Source: a virus. Taken from it: 40,781 nt of DNA. Shown one piece after another: positions 7,141-17,253 of this stretch. Numbering within the stretch: the stretch's first letter is position 1; the number at the start of each line of letters is the position of its first letter. The DNA lies in the UHGV virus genome UHGV-0177491; one strand, given 5' to 3'. The notes under the pieces were generated by a model. The model saw only the letters and a program-made list of their open reading frames with translations, ran no database searches and was not told the origin of the DNA. Made by a program: the position numbers and the translations under genes.

Positions 7141-9837
7141 CTATTCCACAACATCATCTTCTATCAATTCAGCCTTATTTAGTTGTTCCTTAAGCTTATT
7201 CCATGCAGAATCCTCAGGCATCTGTACTCGCACAGAAACGAATTGATTAGCAGGAATGTCGATCGGGTCACCGTTCGAAACACCAGGTATGTCGTTACGT
7301 GCAAAAACGGGCGAGTTATCATGAGTGCGGTGAAACGTTTTCACCAACACAGATCCATCTTGGTTAACAACATAATCCAGCCAGATGAGCGGCTGCTTGT
7401 TTCGGTCCTGCGGTATTTCAAATCCACCATCAATCCCACCCCATGAAGCATCTGCATTCAGACCTACGCAACCCTCAATCAGATATTCACCCAATGCCAG
7501 CCGTGTGACGGTTACCCCATCTGATTCGCGATTTGTTTCACTACTACCGTCTGAGAAAATCTTCACAACCGGAGAGGCTTTTTTGATGAAACCACTTGAA
7601 TCGACGGTCGTGTTCAGCGACGACCATGCCTCAGCCCAGCCTGCGTTACCTGCGCGAATAGCATCGCCTGCGTAGCGGAAGAACAGTTTTGATGTTGTGG
7701 ACATGAATATCTGCAACACACGGTTTTTTGCATATCCTGACTCCCATAATGCTCCGTTACCTGTTCCTTCTGGCTGCCAGTTTGTCTTCCCACCTGCTTC
7801 TCCTATACTTACACCAGTAGACCAGTCTCCAGCAAATTCTGGAAGATTTGGTGAGTTAGGTGAGCGAATTGATACATCAACCAGACCAGGGGATCCGAGA
7901 ATCGACATGCTGCGGGAGGACACCTTAGTAAAAGAGTTGTACCCGCCGTTTTTGGAAATCCTTCCTGTATAATTATTAGCCCTGTTGGTTCCATTAACTG
8001 TAATTTCCCAGGTATCGCCGTTGATGAAGTCGATCTGCAATATGCAGTATGCTGGCAGTGTCATCTGTCCTGGCGCAGATGGCCCACCTTCAAACAGTGG
8101 CATATCCTGTTCAAGATATGTCACATATCTACCTGCATCTGTATTCCGCAAATAGTCACAAATAGCTTGTGCCGATGTAAATAGCGCAATACCATCAGCC
8201 GGGTTTACAGGGTGACGGCCAGCGTTAATCACCCTTCCGCGAGGGTTAAATAACTGTGATGCGGCATTGGATAGCGGACTCATGTCTACTGTTCCAGGTT
8301 CATTAGATGGACAGTTAGCGCGAATGATGTTTAAAGTCCTATAATTTGATCCGCCCCCATTGCCATAGCGAATAGACTGTAGAAGATACAATTCCTCAGA
8401 GCCAGAAATATCACAAGACTGCACCCCCTCATTTTCAGTGGAGTAAACACTCTTCCCTGAATAACTATCCCAGTATGTTTTGAAATCTGCAGGTGACAGC
8501 AGGTACTGACCTAATTCTGAACCAGAATGGCTGTACTCAATATAACCCTGCAACCCTGCGAAAGTATTTCCAGATCCCGCCGTGGTAGATGCACCAATAC
8601 CAGCAAATATCCGTTGAGAACCAAGAGCGACACCCTGCCGTTTTGGTTTACCGGCTCCGCGACCTCCAACATTTGCATCAACCGTAATAGTCCCCATTGG
8701 ACTATAAGATCCTTCTATAAGGCTGTTAATATCCAGTGTGTTAAAGATATTGGATACACCTGTCTCAACATCAAAAATTTTCGGCCAACCCATGTCCGCG
8801 TTTTCGTATAGCAGGGTATTACCAAAACCACTGAACTGATATCGCACTCCAAGTTTGGGTGATTCCGTGAAGTTTGTGATCTGCGTTTTATCAGCTAGCG
8901 TGCGCGGGTCTCCGATAGGGTAAATTCTGATAGTGCGGGATGGGCTGTACGGCAGTAGAATATAGCGCTGCCCTGCTTTTCTGTAAACGTGGATGCCTTC
9001 TGGTGCACCAACGTTATTCGGAAAATGAAGACGTGTTACCAATGCTCCTGTTGCCCAGTCATGCACCGTAACCCATACCGATGCGGGGTTTAGCGTCTGC
9101 CAGCCGATGTATACCATTCCATCATTGCTGTCTATGTAAATCCCCTGAAATCCCATGGTCGTATAACCATACTGACCTTTAAGATCTGCGGTAATCTCAT
9201 TGTCTATGATGCTGAATTCTAATTTCCAGTTCAGCGGCCTACGCGTACCACTGACATGTCTGGAAATATGAGACAGGTAGCTTTTAACCCCGCCTGCGAT
9301 AATGTATCTATCTTTGATCTCAGTAACAATTCCAGTTGCAACTGGAGTGCATTTATAGACGCCGCCGTTTATTCTAATAAAATTGGTTCCTGTTAGATTA
9401 TCCCCAATGGCAACGTCTTTGCTACTATTCTTAAACGTCCCATTACCTAAGTCAGTAACAAGCAATGCCCCTTCTACATATTTCAATGACTGATCAGGGT
9501 CATACTTCAGCACATTAGGAAAATAGAACTGCTTAGCACCATATGCATCATAAACAGCCATAGAATGGCCTTGCACAGTTACGAACTTGGCTATTTGCCC
9601 GTTATATACCGGGTAACCAGCAGCGTTAATGATGATTGGTTGCGAAACAGGAACGTGAGAACCGTCTTCATTCTCAACATAAACCTGAATCCGGTTTTCA
9701 GGATTTACCGGGTCAGTGTCAATTTTACCGATATAAATTCTGCCATTGGCATTTGCTTTAAACGAGCGAGCTAAAGTAAATAAGTTACTTGGTTGTGAAA
9801 CGACAACGTTGTATGATTGATTTGGCATAATAAACAT
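7141..9837 (-). CDS. Tailspike protein: P22-type head-binding domain plus unrecognised receptor-binding region
   Basis: N-terminal about 110 aa ([54 protein letters not shown]...[13 protein letters not shown]...NVLKYDPDQ) matches the P22 gp9 head-binding domain as recalled. The remaining about 780 aa are not recognised. Confidence 0.85.
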   Translation of the reverse strand: MFIMPNQSYNVVVSQPSNLFTLARSFKANANGRIYIGKIDTDPVNPENRIQVYVENEDGSHVPVSQPIIINAAGYPVYNGQIAKFVTVQGHSMAVYDAYGAKQFYFPNVLKYDPDQSLKYVEGALLVTDLGNGTFKNSSKDVAIGDNLTGTNFIRINGGVYKCTPVATGIVTEIKDRYIIAGGVKSYLSHISRHVSGTRRPLNWKLEFSIIDNEITADLKGQYGYTTMGFQGIYIDSNDGMVYIGWQTLNPASVWVTVHDWATGALVTRLHFPNNVGAPEGIHVYRKAGQRYILLPYSPSRTIRIYPIGDPRTLADKTQITNFTESPKLGVRYQFSGFGNTLLYENADMGWPKIFDVETGVSNIFNTLDINSLIEGSYSPMGTITVDANVGGRGAGKPKRQGVALGSQRIFAGIGASTTAGSGNTFAGLQGYIEYSHSGSELGQYLLSPADFKTYWDSYSGKSVYSTENEGVQSCDISGSEELYLLQSIRYGNGGGSNYRTLNIIRANCPSNEPGTVDMSPLSNAASQLFNPRGRVINAGRHPVNPADGIALFTSAQAICDYLRNTDAGRYVTYLEQDMPLFEGGPSAPGQMTLPAYCILQIDFINGDTWEITVNGTNRANNYTGRISKNGGYNSFTKVSSRSMSILGSPGLVDVSIRSPNSPNLPEFAGDWSTGVSIGEAGGKTNWQPEGTGNGALWESGYAKNRVLQIFMSTTSKLFFRYAGDAIRAGNAGWAEAWSSLNTTVDSSGFIKKASPVVKIFSDGSSETNRESDGVTVTRLALGEYLIEGCVGLNADASWGGIDGGFEIPQDRNKQPLIWLDYVVNQDGSVLVKTFHRTHDNSPVFARNDIPGVSNGDPIDIPANQFVSVRVQMPEDSAWNKLKEQLNKAELIEDDVVE

Positions 9838-9850
9838 TCCGGAGAAAATA

Positions 9851-10354
9851 ATGAGTAAGAGACGTCACGAGGTAGTAACTCGGGAGCGCCTTATGGAGGT
9901 TCTAGTTTACAATAAAGAAACAGGAATTTTCACCTGGAAAAAGAAATTAAGCGCCAGAGGCGCTGTTGGTAAAGCTGCTGGCACAATCACTCCTTGTGGG
10001 TATAACGCAATTAGTATTGATGGCGTAAGATATTTTGCACATAGACTTGCCTGGCTGTATGTATATGGCGAATGGCCAAAACAAGAGATTGACCACATTG
10101 ATAGAAACAGAAGAAATAACGCAATCTCAAACCTTAGAGATGTTAGCAGGGTCGTAAATGCGTTAAATGTCGGACCTCGAAATAGCAATACTGGAATCAA
10201 GGGGGTAACTTTCTGTCAAGCCAGAAATCAATGGCAAGCTCAGATACATCTCTCAGGTAAAAACATAACTCTTGGGAGATTCAACACCATTGATGAGGCA
10301 GCTATAGCTTATAAGGCAGCAAACATGGTTGCTGACCATCTGTTGGGGCTGTAA
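9851..10354 (+). CDS. HNH homing-type endonuclease with AP2-like DNA-binding domain
   Basis: HNH motif region [22 protein letters not shown]-terminal [43 protein letters not shown] resembles AP2 domains of phage HNH endonucleases. Divergent from the tailspike start, about 13 bp apart. Confidence 0.8.
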   Translation: MSKRRHEVVTRERLMEVLVYNKETGIFTWKKKLSARGAVGKAAGTITPCGYNAISIDGVRYFAHRLAWLYVYGEWPKQEIDHIDRNRRNNAISNLRDVSRVVNALNVGPRNSNTGIKGVTFCQARNQWQAQIHLSGKNITLGRFNTIDEAAIAYKAANMVADHLLGL

Positions 10355-10420
10355 TGTTTGTCATTTAATTTGCTCCATATACAAGGAACCGCCACGGAGT
10401 GGCTACGGTGAGTTTTTGGC

Positions 10421-10444
10421 ATAAAAAACCCAGCCGAAGCTGGG
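10421..10444 (-). terminator. Intrinsic terminator on the minus strand downstream of the arc region
   Basis: Hairpin CCCAGC-ttcg-GCTGGG followed by TTTTTTat on the minus strand. Confidence 0.45.
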
Positions 10445-10482
10445 TCGTTACGTTTGTTATGTATACCAATTCAATCATGCTG

Positions 10483-10764
10483 TCAATCGACAGGAAACGC
10501 CGTGAAATTTAGCAGGTGTTGTAGTGCCTTAACGCCTTCAGAATTGTAACGGAACGCCTCTACCTGTTTGCTGGAGTGCGACGATTTATCCAGAAAGAAC
10601 TTCCCGTACCGCTCAGTTTTGAGGTTGTTTGCGTTAGCAATGCGACCAATCTTGTTGGCTGTTACTCCAAGATTCTCTGCAACCTCCCTTGCTGAGTAGT
10701 AATGCTCTTCTATTGCCGGAAGAGGTATTCTAGCTAATGCGCCCTTCCTTCTTAAGACTGGCAA
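10483..10764 (-). pseudogene. Possible antirepressor (ant) 5' remnant downstream of arc
   Basis: 93-codon ORF with no in-frame ATG (track start is TTG overlapping arc). Sits where ant lies in P22 immI; the rest of that position is occupied by the opposite-strand HNH gene. Confidence 0.3.
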
Positions 10765-10888
10765 TTACTCTCTGATAAATCTCAGAGTTAACAGATCGAC
10801 CATTCTCTTCCGCCACCTTGCGTACCAAATCCAACACTTCTTTAGGCCACCGCAAATTGAACTGCGGCATCTTGCTCATTCCTTTCAT
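10730..10888 (-). CDS. arc: Arc repressor homolog (ribbon-helix-helix), 52 aa
   Basis: Translation MKGMSKMPQFNLRWPKEVLDLVRKVAEENGRSVNSEIYQRVIASLKKEGRIS is near-identical to P22 Arc as recalled; SD GAGGTG. Not in the ORF track (under 60 aa). Confidence 0.85.
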   Translation of the reverse strand: MKGMSKMPQFNLRWPKEVLDLVRKVAEENGRSVNSEIYQRVIASLKKEGRIS

Positions 10889-10904
10889 ATTCACCTCACA
10901 GCAC

Positions 10905-10950
10905 GGCCCACAGTGGACCTATTGAGAATATAGTAGAGTGATTCTATCAT
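10905..10950 (-). promoter_or_regulatory. immI control region: Arc operator-like and Mnt operator-like sites
   Basis: Minus-strand ATGATAGAATCACTCTACTAT (10930-10950) resembles the P22 arc operator; AGGTCCACTGTGGGCC (10905-10920) resembles the palindromic P22 mnt operator, both from memory. Confidence 0.55.
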
Positions 10951-11044
10951 GCCAGCGCACTAACTTGGAGTGATGGCATGGCAGAGATTGTTCACACACA
11001 AACACCTAAAAAGTCTAATTTGCTCTAATTTTGTGTATTAATGG

Positions 11045-11074
11045 TTGCATAAACAAATAAATTAGGAATATAAT
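11045..11074 (+). promoter_or_regulatory. Sigma70 promoter for the KilA-N/lipoprotein cassette
   Basis: TTGCAT (11045-11050), 18-nt spacer, TATAAT (11069-11074), about 30 bp upstream of the 11106 start. Divergent from the arc promoter. Confidence 0.45.
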
Positions 11075-11105
11075 TTAAGTGAGGTAATTAATTGGAGAAA
11101 AAGAT

Positions 11106-11762
11106 ATGAAAGTGCAGACTTTAGAGTTCCCATACGGTGAAGTCGAGTTCACCAGAGATGAGTATATCGATGCGTCAACACTAACCGTTCAAATGAACCG
11201 ATGGAGATTTGATAACGGTCTTCAACCAAGAAATCTTGCTCAGATACTGAAAACGGATGACTGCAAAGACTTCATGCGTGTTTGTGAAGAGGAGACTGGT
11301 ATTATTCCGTTAAAAACAACGAGAGGAAGGAATGGGAAAACGTGGCTAAGTCTCCATCTGGCGGTGTATGTCGCCGAGCAGTACAGCACTTATTTCCACT
11401 TTCTCGTCATTGATCGTTTTATCACCCAGAGACAGGTCGAGTTGCGAAACATTGGTGCGGCAAGTTTTGTGGAGCTTAACGCAGCAGTTAGTCGGATGCT
11501 TGAGCGTACAGAAGGTAGGATTGGTCATAGTGGTCATTTCATTCAGGTTGCAAAGGTGGTTAAGGAATCGATAGATATCCGTGAAGTTACCGGGTTTGAT
11601 ACCTGGGATTCTCAGGATGCAAAAACCAACCAGTTGCGCAGCGAGATACAGAAGTCTCTTGTTCAGGCTCTTGATATGGAGTTTGTCAACTCGTGGGATG
11701 AGCTGAAAGAGACGATACCGCGAGTTGTGCGTAAATGCGCTGAGAAGATTGCAAGAGCTTAA
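11106..11762 (+). CDS. KilA-N domain-like protein (218 aa)
   Basis: Segment KTTRGRNGKTWLSLHLAVYVAEQYSTYFHFLVIDRF fits the KilA-N/APSES-type pattern as recalled. Occupies the position where mnt/sieA lie in P22. Confidence 0.5.
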   Translation: MKVQTLEFPYGEVEFTRDEYIDASTLTVQMNRWRFDNGLQPRNLAQILKTDDCKDFMRVCEEETGIIPLKTTRGRNGKTWLSLHLAVYVAEQYSTYFHFLVIDRFITQRQVELRNIGAASFVELNAAVSRMLERTEGRIGHSGHFIQVAKVVKESIDIREVTGFDTWDSQDAKTNQLRSEIQKSLVQALDMEFVNSWDELKETIPRVVRKCAEKIARA

Positions 11763-11783
11763 AAAATGATGAGGGTTACCAAT

Positions 11784-12269
11784 ATGAAAAAGGCACTGTT
11801 AATTATCCCGTTTCTGCTGGTTGGATGTGCAAAAGTAAGTGACTATCAGGCAAATTGCGAACAACGCTATCAAAAGCTTAGCGATATGGCCACTTGCCTT
11901 GATGCCAGCGTGAAGAGCGACTCACGCATGGCGTCAGCACCAACACCTAAACTGTATGTCCTTGCTGCGAAGATGCTCGGGCAAGGTGTCGATGAAGGCA
12001 AGATAAGTAACGCGCAGGCAAGACTTGAGCTTCAGAATCTTTATGTTCAATTGCAAGCCCAAGAACAAGCCCAGCAAATAGCGCAAAGCCAGGCATTTCA
12101 GCAGGCTTTATTGAATTATCAGGCTTTAAACACAATGCAAGCGATCGAGCAAAAAGCCAGACAGCCTGTTATAACTCAACCTTACCCAACGCGTGTTGAC
12201 ACCTATACAAACTGCAATTCAGGGTTTGGAAATACAGTCACATGCAACAGTAGCAGTAACATCAGATAA
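11784..12269 (+). CDS. Lipoprotein (signal peptide with lipobox LLVGC), Gln-rich
   Basis: MKKALLIIPFLLVGC: type II signal peptide and lipobox. GAGGG SD upstream of ATG at 11784 (track ORF begins at 11766). No family recognised. Confidence 0.65.
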   Translation: MKKALLIIPFLLVGCAKVSDYQANCEQRYQKLSDMATCLDASVKSDSRMASAPTPKLYVLAAKMLGQGVDEGKISNAQARLELQNLYVQLQAQEQAQQIAQSQAFQQALLNYQALNTMQAIEQKARQPVITQPYPTRVDTYTNCNSGFGNTVTCNSSSNIR

Positions 12270-12289
12270 CAATCCGTTGTGGAGGATTT

Positions 12290-12367
12290 ATGAACAGAGA
12301 CATGCTGAATCTTGCGTTCTACATATTTGGCTTTTGCACGTTCCTTGTGCTTGAAAAACTATTCTGA
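12290..12367 (+). CDS. Possible 25-aa hydrophobic peptide
   Basis: GGAGG then ATG at 12290; MNRDMLNLAFYIFGFCTFLVLEKLF. Overlaps the convergent ejection-protein gene end by 9 nt. Very short, so weak. Confidence 0.2.
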   Translation: MNRDMLNLAFYIFGFCTFLVLEKLF

Positions 12368-14752
12368 CAACGCATCAGACTTGGCGCCCTGAGTAAGGGC
12401 GTTAATGGCCTTTTGCGCCTGCTGTATGGCTTTCTCAAACGCTGTTGAGCCGCGTGGGGTGTTTGCCATTCGTAGCATTGCATTTCTGAATGGCTCGCTC
12501 TCATAGGCGCGAGCGAGAAGTCCGTAGCTTACTGTTGCGCCAGTTGTCAACTGATTCATTGCCGTACCATACCAAATAATGAACGGGATGGTTTGTTGTC
12601 CTGTTGGTGTTGTTACTGCCGCTTTTGCAGCCTGCTGCGTGGATTGCAGGTAGTTTTTCAATCCTTTCAGATAAGCAGCTTCCTGCCCTTTAAATGTGAT
12701 GCCAGTCTGGTTTTGCAGGATGTTAAGCTGCCGAAGGAACTGATCAGGAGATCCACCAGATTTCTCCATCGCCTTCCCAATGATGCCATTGCGCATTTGC
12801 GCCCTGCCAACACGACCAACTGAGTTATACAGCGCCTTAATTTCAGATTTGTTCTTGCTGAATAGCATGTTATTGACAACTTCCGGCGTCAGATCGCCTT
12901 TCATGAGAACATTCTTCAGCCTGGTGTTCTTTAGTTTCGCCGCTTCGTCAGCGTAGACGGCATTGGCCTGCTGGTATTTACGGAGAGTATCGTTGCCAAG
13001 ATTCTGACCAATGGCACCATTGATATCGCCAGTCATTGCCTTGTAAACGCGCTGAATGGCGGCATCGGAACGGTTTGGTAACACTGGTCGCTCACCCTTC
13101 ACGTCCATTCTGAACTGGCTGCGCAGATCGCTTAATTGCTTCAAATCCAGATTGACCGGACCATCAGGACCAGCATTGCGAACAAGCTCATCACGATATG
13201 ACTGAAGTTTTGAAATCGTCTCGTTATCAGCGACCTTACCAAGCTTCTGCAGATTAGATATTTCTGTATCAATCTGCTGAATTGCTCGCACAGGCTGAAT
13301 GTTTACTCCAGCCATAGCATTCTGAACCTGCTCCAGTCTATTACCGGCAGCACGACGAATTCCTGATGTTTTCGCTTTAAGGCTGTCAATAACAACCGCT
13401 GGATCATACTCACCGAATTTATCAGCAAATCTCTGCACCAACTGGCTTCTCGCTTCCTGTTGCGTTGCTCTCATTCTGCTTGTGCCAGCAAGAGGGATAT
13501 TTTCTGCTGTCGTTTGCGCCATTTTTCCGACGCGGGAAGTAGGCTGTAACAGGTCTGTGGTGTGCAGGGGCACCCCTTCACGCTCTGCAAATCTGATAGC
13601 TTGCTGCGCTTCTGGTGCAATAGCACCACGAACGCCACGATAAGCAGCGCCTAATCCACGCCCGGCAGCGTTAATAGCACCGCCAGCCAGCACGCCAACG
13701 CCTAAATCGGTAGCGAGTGCTTCCGCATCATCTTTCGCACTATTTGCAGCAAGTGATCCAACTGCGTTTTCTGCTAGAAGGCGAGTTGCCCCCTGAGCAA
13801 TTCGACCAGCAAGTGTTGGTGCCTGTACCGCCACTCTCTCAACGCCAGCAGGAGTGAGGTAAGGCAATGCTTCAGCAAATACCCTTCCCTCTGTTGTTTG
13901 TGGAGTCAGCGCGCCTTGCTGAAGGCCAAAGTCCTGCTCTAATCCCTGCGTTGTTACTCGTGGCGCTGGTTGATATGTACCATCTCCAATGCCGAGTTTA
14001 CCGCCAGCCCAAGCCGCCGCGCTTGCTACAGCATCAGTGAGTTCAGCAGGTATGTTCGCTACGTTGATTCCTGCCTGTAGTAAGCCGCGCCCTGTTTCAG
14101 CAAATCCATTACCAAGGTCAGACATTATTCCGTCTTGTTGCTGAACAGGTTTCGGCGCGACAGAACTTACGGGTTGAGGTGGCTGCTGACTGGCTGCCTG
14201 CTGCTCAATCTGAGCAAATGGATTGTTTGGGTCTGACTGCACACCTGATGCAGATACTTGTTCGGATGACTGTACTTCCAGTTGTGCAAACGGGTTGTTA
14301 GGGTCTTGCTGAGGATGCACCTTTGCAGAGGTGGCGCGCTGTTCGACTGTTGAGTCTGTCACCGGGTCACCCGTCCATTGAGCAAAGCGATCATCAACGT
14401 AACCGCGGCCCTCAGGCCCCGGAGTATATTCACCACGCTTTGCCTTCATGACGTTGCCTGGACCGTCGTGATAAGCCTGAAGAGCGTCACGCCAATTACC
14501 AAACTGCTGGTACATCTTTGCCAGATAGCGCGCGCCAGCGTCAGCCTGATATTCGGGGTTTTGCATTTGCTCATCGGTATAACCCATATCACGCCATGTC
14601 CCAGGCATGACCTGAGTCAATCCTACAGCCCCGGCGGAGCTTACTGCGGCAGGGTTGTAAGAAGACTCCTTGGCACCCAGTGCAGTCATCAACCCTTCTG
14701 GCACACCGTAACGTGCGCCAGCCTGCTCTAACAAATCACGGTAATTAGCCAT
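12359..14752 (-). CDS. Ejection/internal virion protein (gp16 position) with N-terminal lytic transglycosylase domain
   Basis: N-terminus GAKESSYNPAAVSSAGAVGLTQVMPGTWRDMGYT...AGARYL is an SLT-type motif; 797 aa; last gene of the ejection-protein trio. Confidence 0.7.
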   Translation of the reverse strand: MANYRDLLEQAGARYGVPEGLMTALGAKESSYNPAAVSSAGAVGLTQVMPGTWRDMGYTDEQMQNPEYQADAGARYLAKMYQQFGNWRDALQAYHDGPGNVMKAKRGEYTPGPEGRGYVDDRFAQWTGDPVTDSTVEQRATSAKVHPQQDPNNPFAQLEVQSSEQVSASGVQSDPNNPFAQIEQQAASQQPPQPVSSVAPKPVQQQDGIMSDLGNGFAETGRGLLQAGINVANIPAELTDAVASAAAWAGGKLGIGDGTYQPAPRVTTQGLEQDFGLQQGALTPQTTEGRVFAEALPYLTPAGVERVAVQAPTLAGRIAQGATRLLAENAVGSLAANSAKDDAEALATDLGVGVLAGGAINAAGRGLGAAYRGVRGAIAPEAQQAIRFAEREGVPLHTTDLLQPTSRVGKMAQTTAENIPLAGTSRMRATQQEARSQLVQRFADKFGEYDPAVVIDSLKAKTSGIRRAAGNRLEQVQNAMAGVNIQPVRAIQQIDTEISNLQKLGKVADNETISKLQSYRDELVRNAGPDGPVNLDLKQLSDLRSQFRMDVKGERPVLPNRSDAAIQRVYKAMTGDINGAIGQNLGNDTLRKYQQANAVYADEAAKLKNTRLKNVLMKGDLTPEVVNNMLFSKNKSEIKALYNSVGRVGRAQMRNGIIGKAMEKSGGSPDQFLRQLNILQNQTGITFKGQEAAYLKGLKNYLQSTQQAAKAAVTTPTGQQTIPFIIWYGTAMNQLTTGATVSYGLLARAYESEPFRNAMLRMANTPRGSTAFEKAIQQAQKAINALTQGAKSDALSE

Positions 14753-16096
14753 TTACTGCCCCAAAGATGGAAGATATCCGTAGCGATTAATGAAGTCGAT
14801 TGACAGCTCGGGGTGCTGCTTCAGGTAATCTATAGAAGCCTGAGGCGCTTCCACTCGCTTGATACCGTTTTGCTGAACGTACTGACCAACCGCCTCATTA
14901 CGCTTCTGGTTGAGCGTGTTCAGGATGACGCCAGCGTTGCGACGAAAGGACTCCTCGCTCTGCGAGTTCTGCAGCGAACCAACAGCCTGGTCGAGCTTTT
15001 TGCCCTCGGCATCAGAAAGTGCGCCCATGCCTCGCATGGCCTGAACCGCTGTCAGGAATGCTTGGGATTTAAAGGTATCAAGTCGCGCCTGAGTGTCTGC
15101 AGCTTGTGAGCCTGGAACGTTGGGGATTGCTCCACGTAAGCCTGTAATGCTCTTAAGTGCAGGAGAATTAACGACATCGTTCAGAGTGGACATGCTGGTT
15201 GTGATGGTGTTTATGCCGTCTTTGTAGCCATCATTTAGCTCTTGCTGCTTCTGCTGCAACTTCTGGTTGTTGGCTGCTATGCGGCTCTGTATTTCCTGTC
15301 GCTTTATGTCGTTATTTTCTGATAATAGCATCCGGTCAAGGCGCTTATTTTCGTTGTTAATGCGGTTTGTTTCTGCGTCCAGATTAATGCGCTGCTGACC
15401 TAAATTCGCCTGAATATCTTGCCCGCGCATTGTGATTGCCTGATTCCGGGCGGCGGTTTGCGAGTTCAGATCCTGACCGCGCATTGTCACCTGGCGACCC
15501 TGCATTTTATCCTGTAGGTCAAAGTATTTTTCGGGGCCGAGACTGTTAATCCCCAGGTGATCGACAAATTCGCCGAACTGCTGCGGGTTCTGTTGGTACA
15601 TCTGAGCGACGTCCTGAGGATTAACGCCAACACGAGCTAACTCACCGGCGTTGTTTTGCAGCCATGATTGCATTGCTTCTGGAGAAGATGACGCAAGACG
15701 TGCGCCAGCCGCTAAGGTGCCGATAGAATTACGCTGGTCTTCATCAATGAATCCCATGCCTTTACGAACGGATTCAATCTGTTCTGGATATTGAGCAGCC
15801 AACTGACGCAAAGCACCGCGATCACCAGACGCATAAGCATTAGCGTATGCCTGCTGAAATTCTTTCTGCCGCTGAGCCTGCTTTTCCTGCTGAAACACCC
15901 CCGCAATACCTGAAAGGCCTTGCAAAGCAGTCAGCCCAACGTTATTTGCACCTGAGCGAGTCAGTTCATTGTTTTCGCGGATCAGACCAAGCGTTGCGTT
16001 AATGTCGCCTGCCTTTGGCGCATTCTCGTTTTGCGTACCGATTCCACCCAGAAAACCACCAGAATTAATACCCTGTTGCCAAGTAGCCATGATCAC
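14753..16096 (-). CDS. Ejection protein (gp20 position), 447 aa
   Basis: Position and size analogous to P22 gp20; coiled-coil and Gln-rich. Confidence 0.6.
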   Translation of the reverse strand: MIMATWQQGINSGGFLGGIGTQNENAPKAGDINATLGLIRENNELTRSGANNVGLTALQGLSGIAGVFQQEKQAQRQKEFQQAYANAYASGDRGALRQLAAQYPEQIESVRKGMGFIDEDQRNSIGTLAAGARLASSSPEAMQSWLQNNAGELARVGVNPQDVAQMYQQNPQQFGEFVDHLGINSLGPEKYFDLQDKMQGRQVTMRGQDLNSQTAARNQAITMRGQDIQANLGQQRINLDAETNRINNENKRLDRMLLSENNDIKRQEIQSRIAANNQKLQQKQQELNDGYKDGINTITTSMSTLNDVVNSPALKSITGLRGAIPNVPGSQAADTQARLDTFKSQAFLTAVQAMRGMGALSDAEGKKLDQAVGSLQNSQSEESFRRNAGVILNTLNQKRNEAVGQYVQQNGIKRVEAPQASIDYLKQHPELSIDFINRYGYLPSLGQ

Positions 16097-16099
16097 CCC

Positions 16100-16795
16100 T
16101 TAAAACAACGAGCCAAGCAGGCCAAGTCCGCCGCCAATTGCCGCACCTAATCCAGTGCCAAGTCCGGGGACAATAGAGCCAAGAGCAGCGCCAGTCATAG
16201 CCCCTGAAGCTCCGCCGCTAATTGCTGTCTGAAGACCTGATGGTTTATTGGCATTAGCAGCGGCAAGGGCCGCACTTTGCTGCGAAATCTGACTCATGTT
16301 GTTGGCATATGTCTGCCCGGCGTTTGCCTGACCTTGCAGTGCGCCAAGACCAATGTTTGCCAGGTTGTTGTAGTTGTTCATCTGACCAGATAGCCACTGC
16401 TGACCAAGCGTTGGCGCGATTGTTGCTAACTGATTACCGGTTGCAGTGGAACCTAATCCACCTGTTGCTTCCGCTGCCGCCAGACTCTGATAGCGAGCCT
16501 GATCGGCAAGGTCTTTATACTGCTGAGAGTTGTAATACTGGTTAAGCGCCTGACCTTGCCCCTGAAGAGAGGAAAGATTCTGCAATTGTGATACGTACTG
16601 CTTAGCGAGTGGCGTGAATGGAGCAAGGTTTTTCATGATCGTCTGCCACTGCTGATTTTGCATGTCTGCGGCATACTTCTGAGCTTCTGCTGCATACTTT
16701 GCGCTTTTATCAGAGCTACCACCTTTCCCGCCTTTTTCAGGGAAATAAGGTTCCTCGACGCGCAGTTTTCTGCCCAGCTTAAATGCATATAACAT
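16100..16795 (-). CDS. Ejection protein (gp7 position), 231 aa
   Basis: Position and size analogous to P22 gp7; Gly-rich hydrophobic C-terminus. Confidence 0.6.
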   Translation of the reverse strand: MLYAFKLGRKLRVEEPYFPEKGGKGGSSDKSAKYAAEAQKYAADMQNQQWQTIMKNLAPFTPLAKQYVSQLQNLSSLQGQGQALNQYYNSQQYKDLADQARYQSLAAAEATGGLGSTATGNQLATIAPTLGQQWLSGQMNNYNNLANIGLGALQGQANAGQTYANNMSQISQQSAALAAANANKPSGLQTAISGGASGAMTGAALGSIVPGLGTGLGAAIGGGLGLLGSLF

Positions 16796-16797
16796 GG

Positions 16798-17253
16798 CTA
16801 TCTCCCGTGATTCAGGAAGTCGATTAGTTCTTCGCGTGTGGCGCTGTAAAACGTCACGTCATCCACGCCTTTGAAGTATTTCTTGATGGTTCCTACACGC
16901 TTAAGGCCAATCATTGCGCAGTACATCTGCCCGTGGCGGAATTTGCGTGCAGCGAACGATGTGACGCACTGAACGGTGGTGTTAGTCAGAATGTATCGCC
17001 AGAACGCCAGCCCGATTTCCTTGCTGAAGCCACGAATCTCTGGCAGGTACATGGCGTGGCAATCGAATGTAAGCGGCTGAATCTCCTGATAGTAAACAAT
17101 GCCGCCAAACTGCCCGTGCACGTTCACCTCAAAGTAACGGCATTCAGGTTTGTAGTCATATCCATCACCGTTGTTGCTCCCGGCAATAATGTCAGGGTGA
17201 TTCCCGACTGTTTCGATCAGGTCGATGTTTCGCGTTGGTTTGAATGTAATCAT
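16798..17253 (-). CDS. gp14-like virion protein, 151 aa
   Basis: Position between the tail needle and ejection proteins, as in P22. Confidence 0.55.
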   Translation of the reverse strand: MITFKPTRNIDLIETVGNHPDIIAGSNNGDGYDYKPECRYFEVNVHGQFGGIVYYQEIQPLTFDCHAMYLPEIRGFSKEIGLAFWRYILTNTTVQCVTSFAARKFRHGQMYCAMIGLKRVGTIKKYFKGVDDVTFYSATREELIDFLNHGR

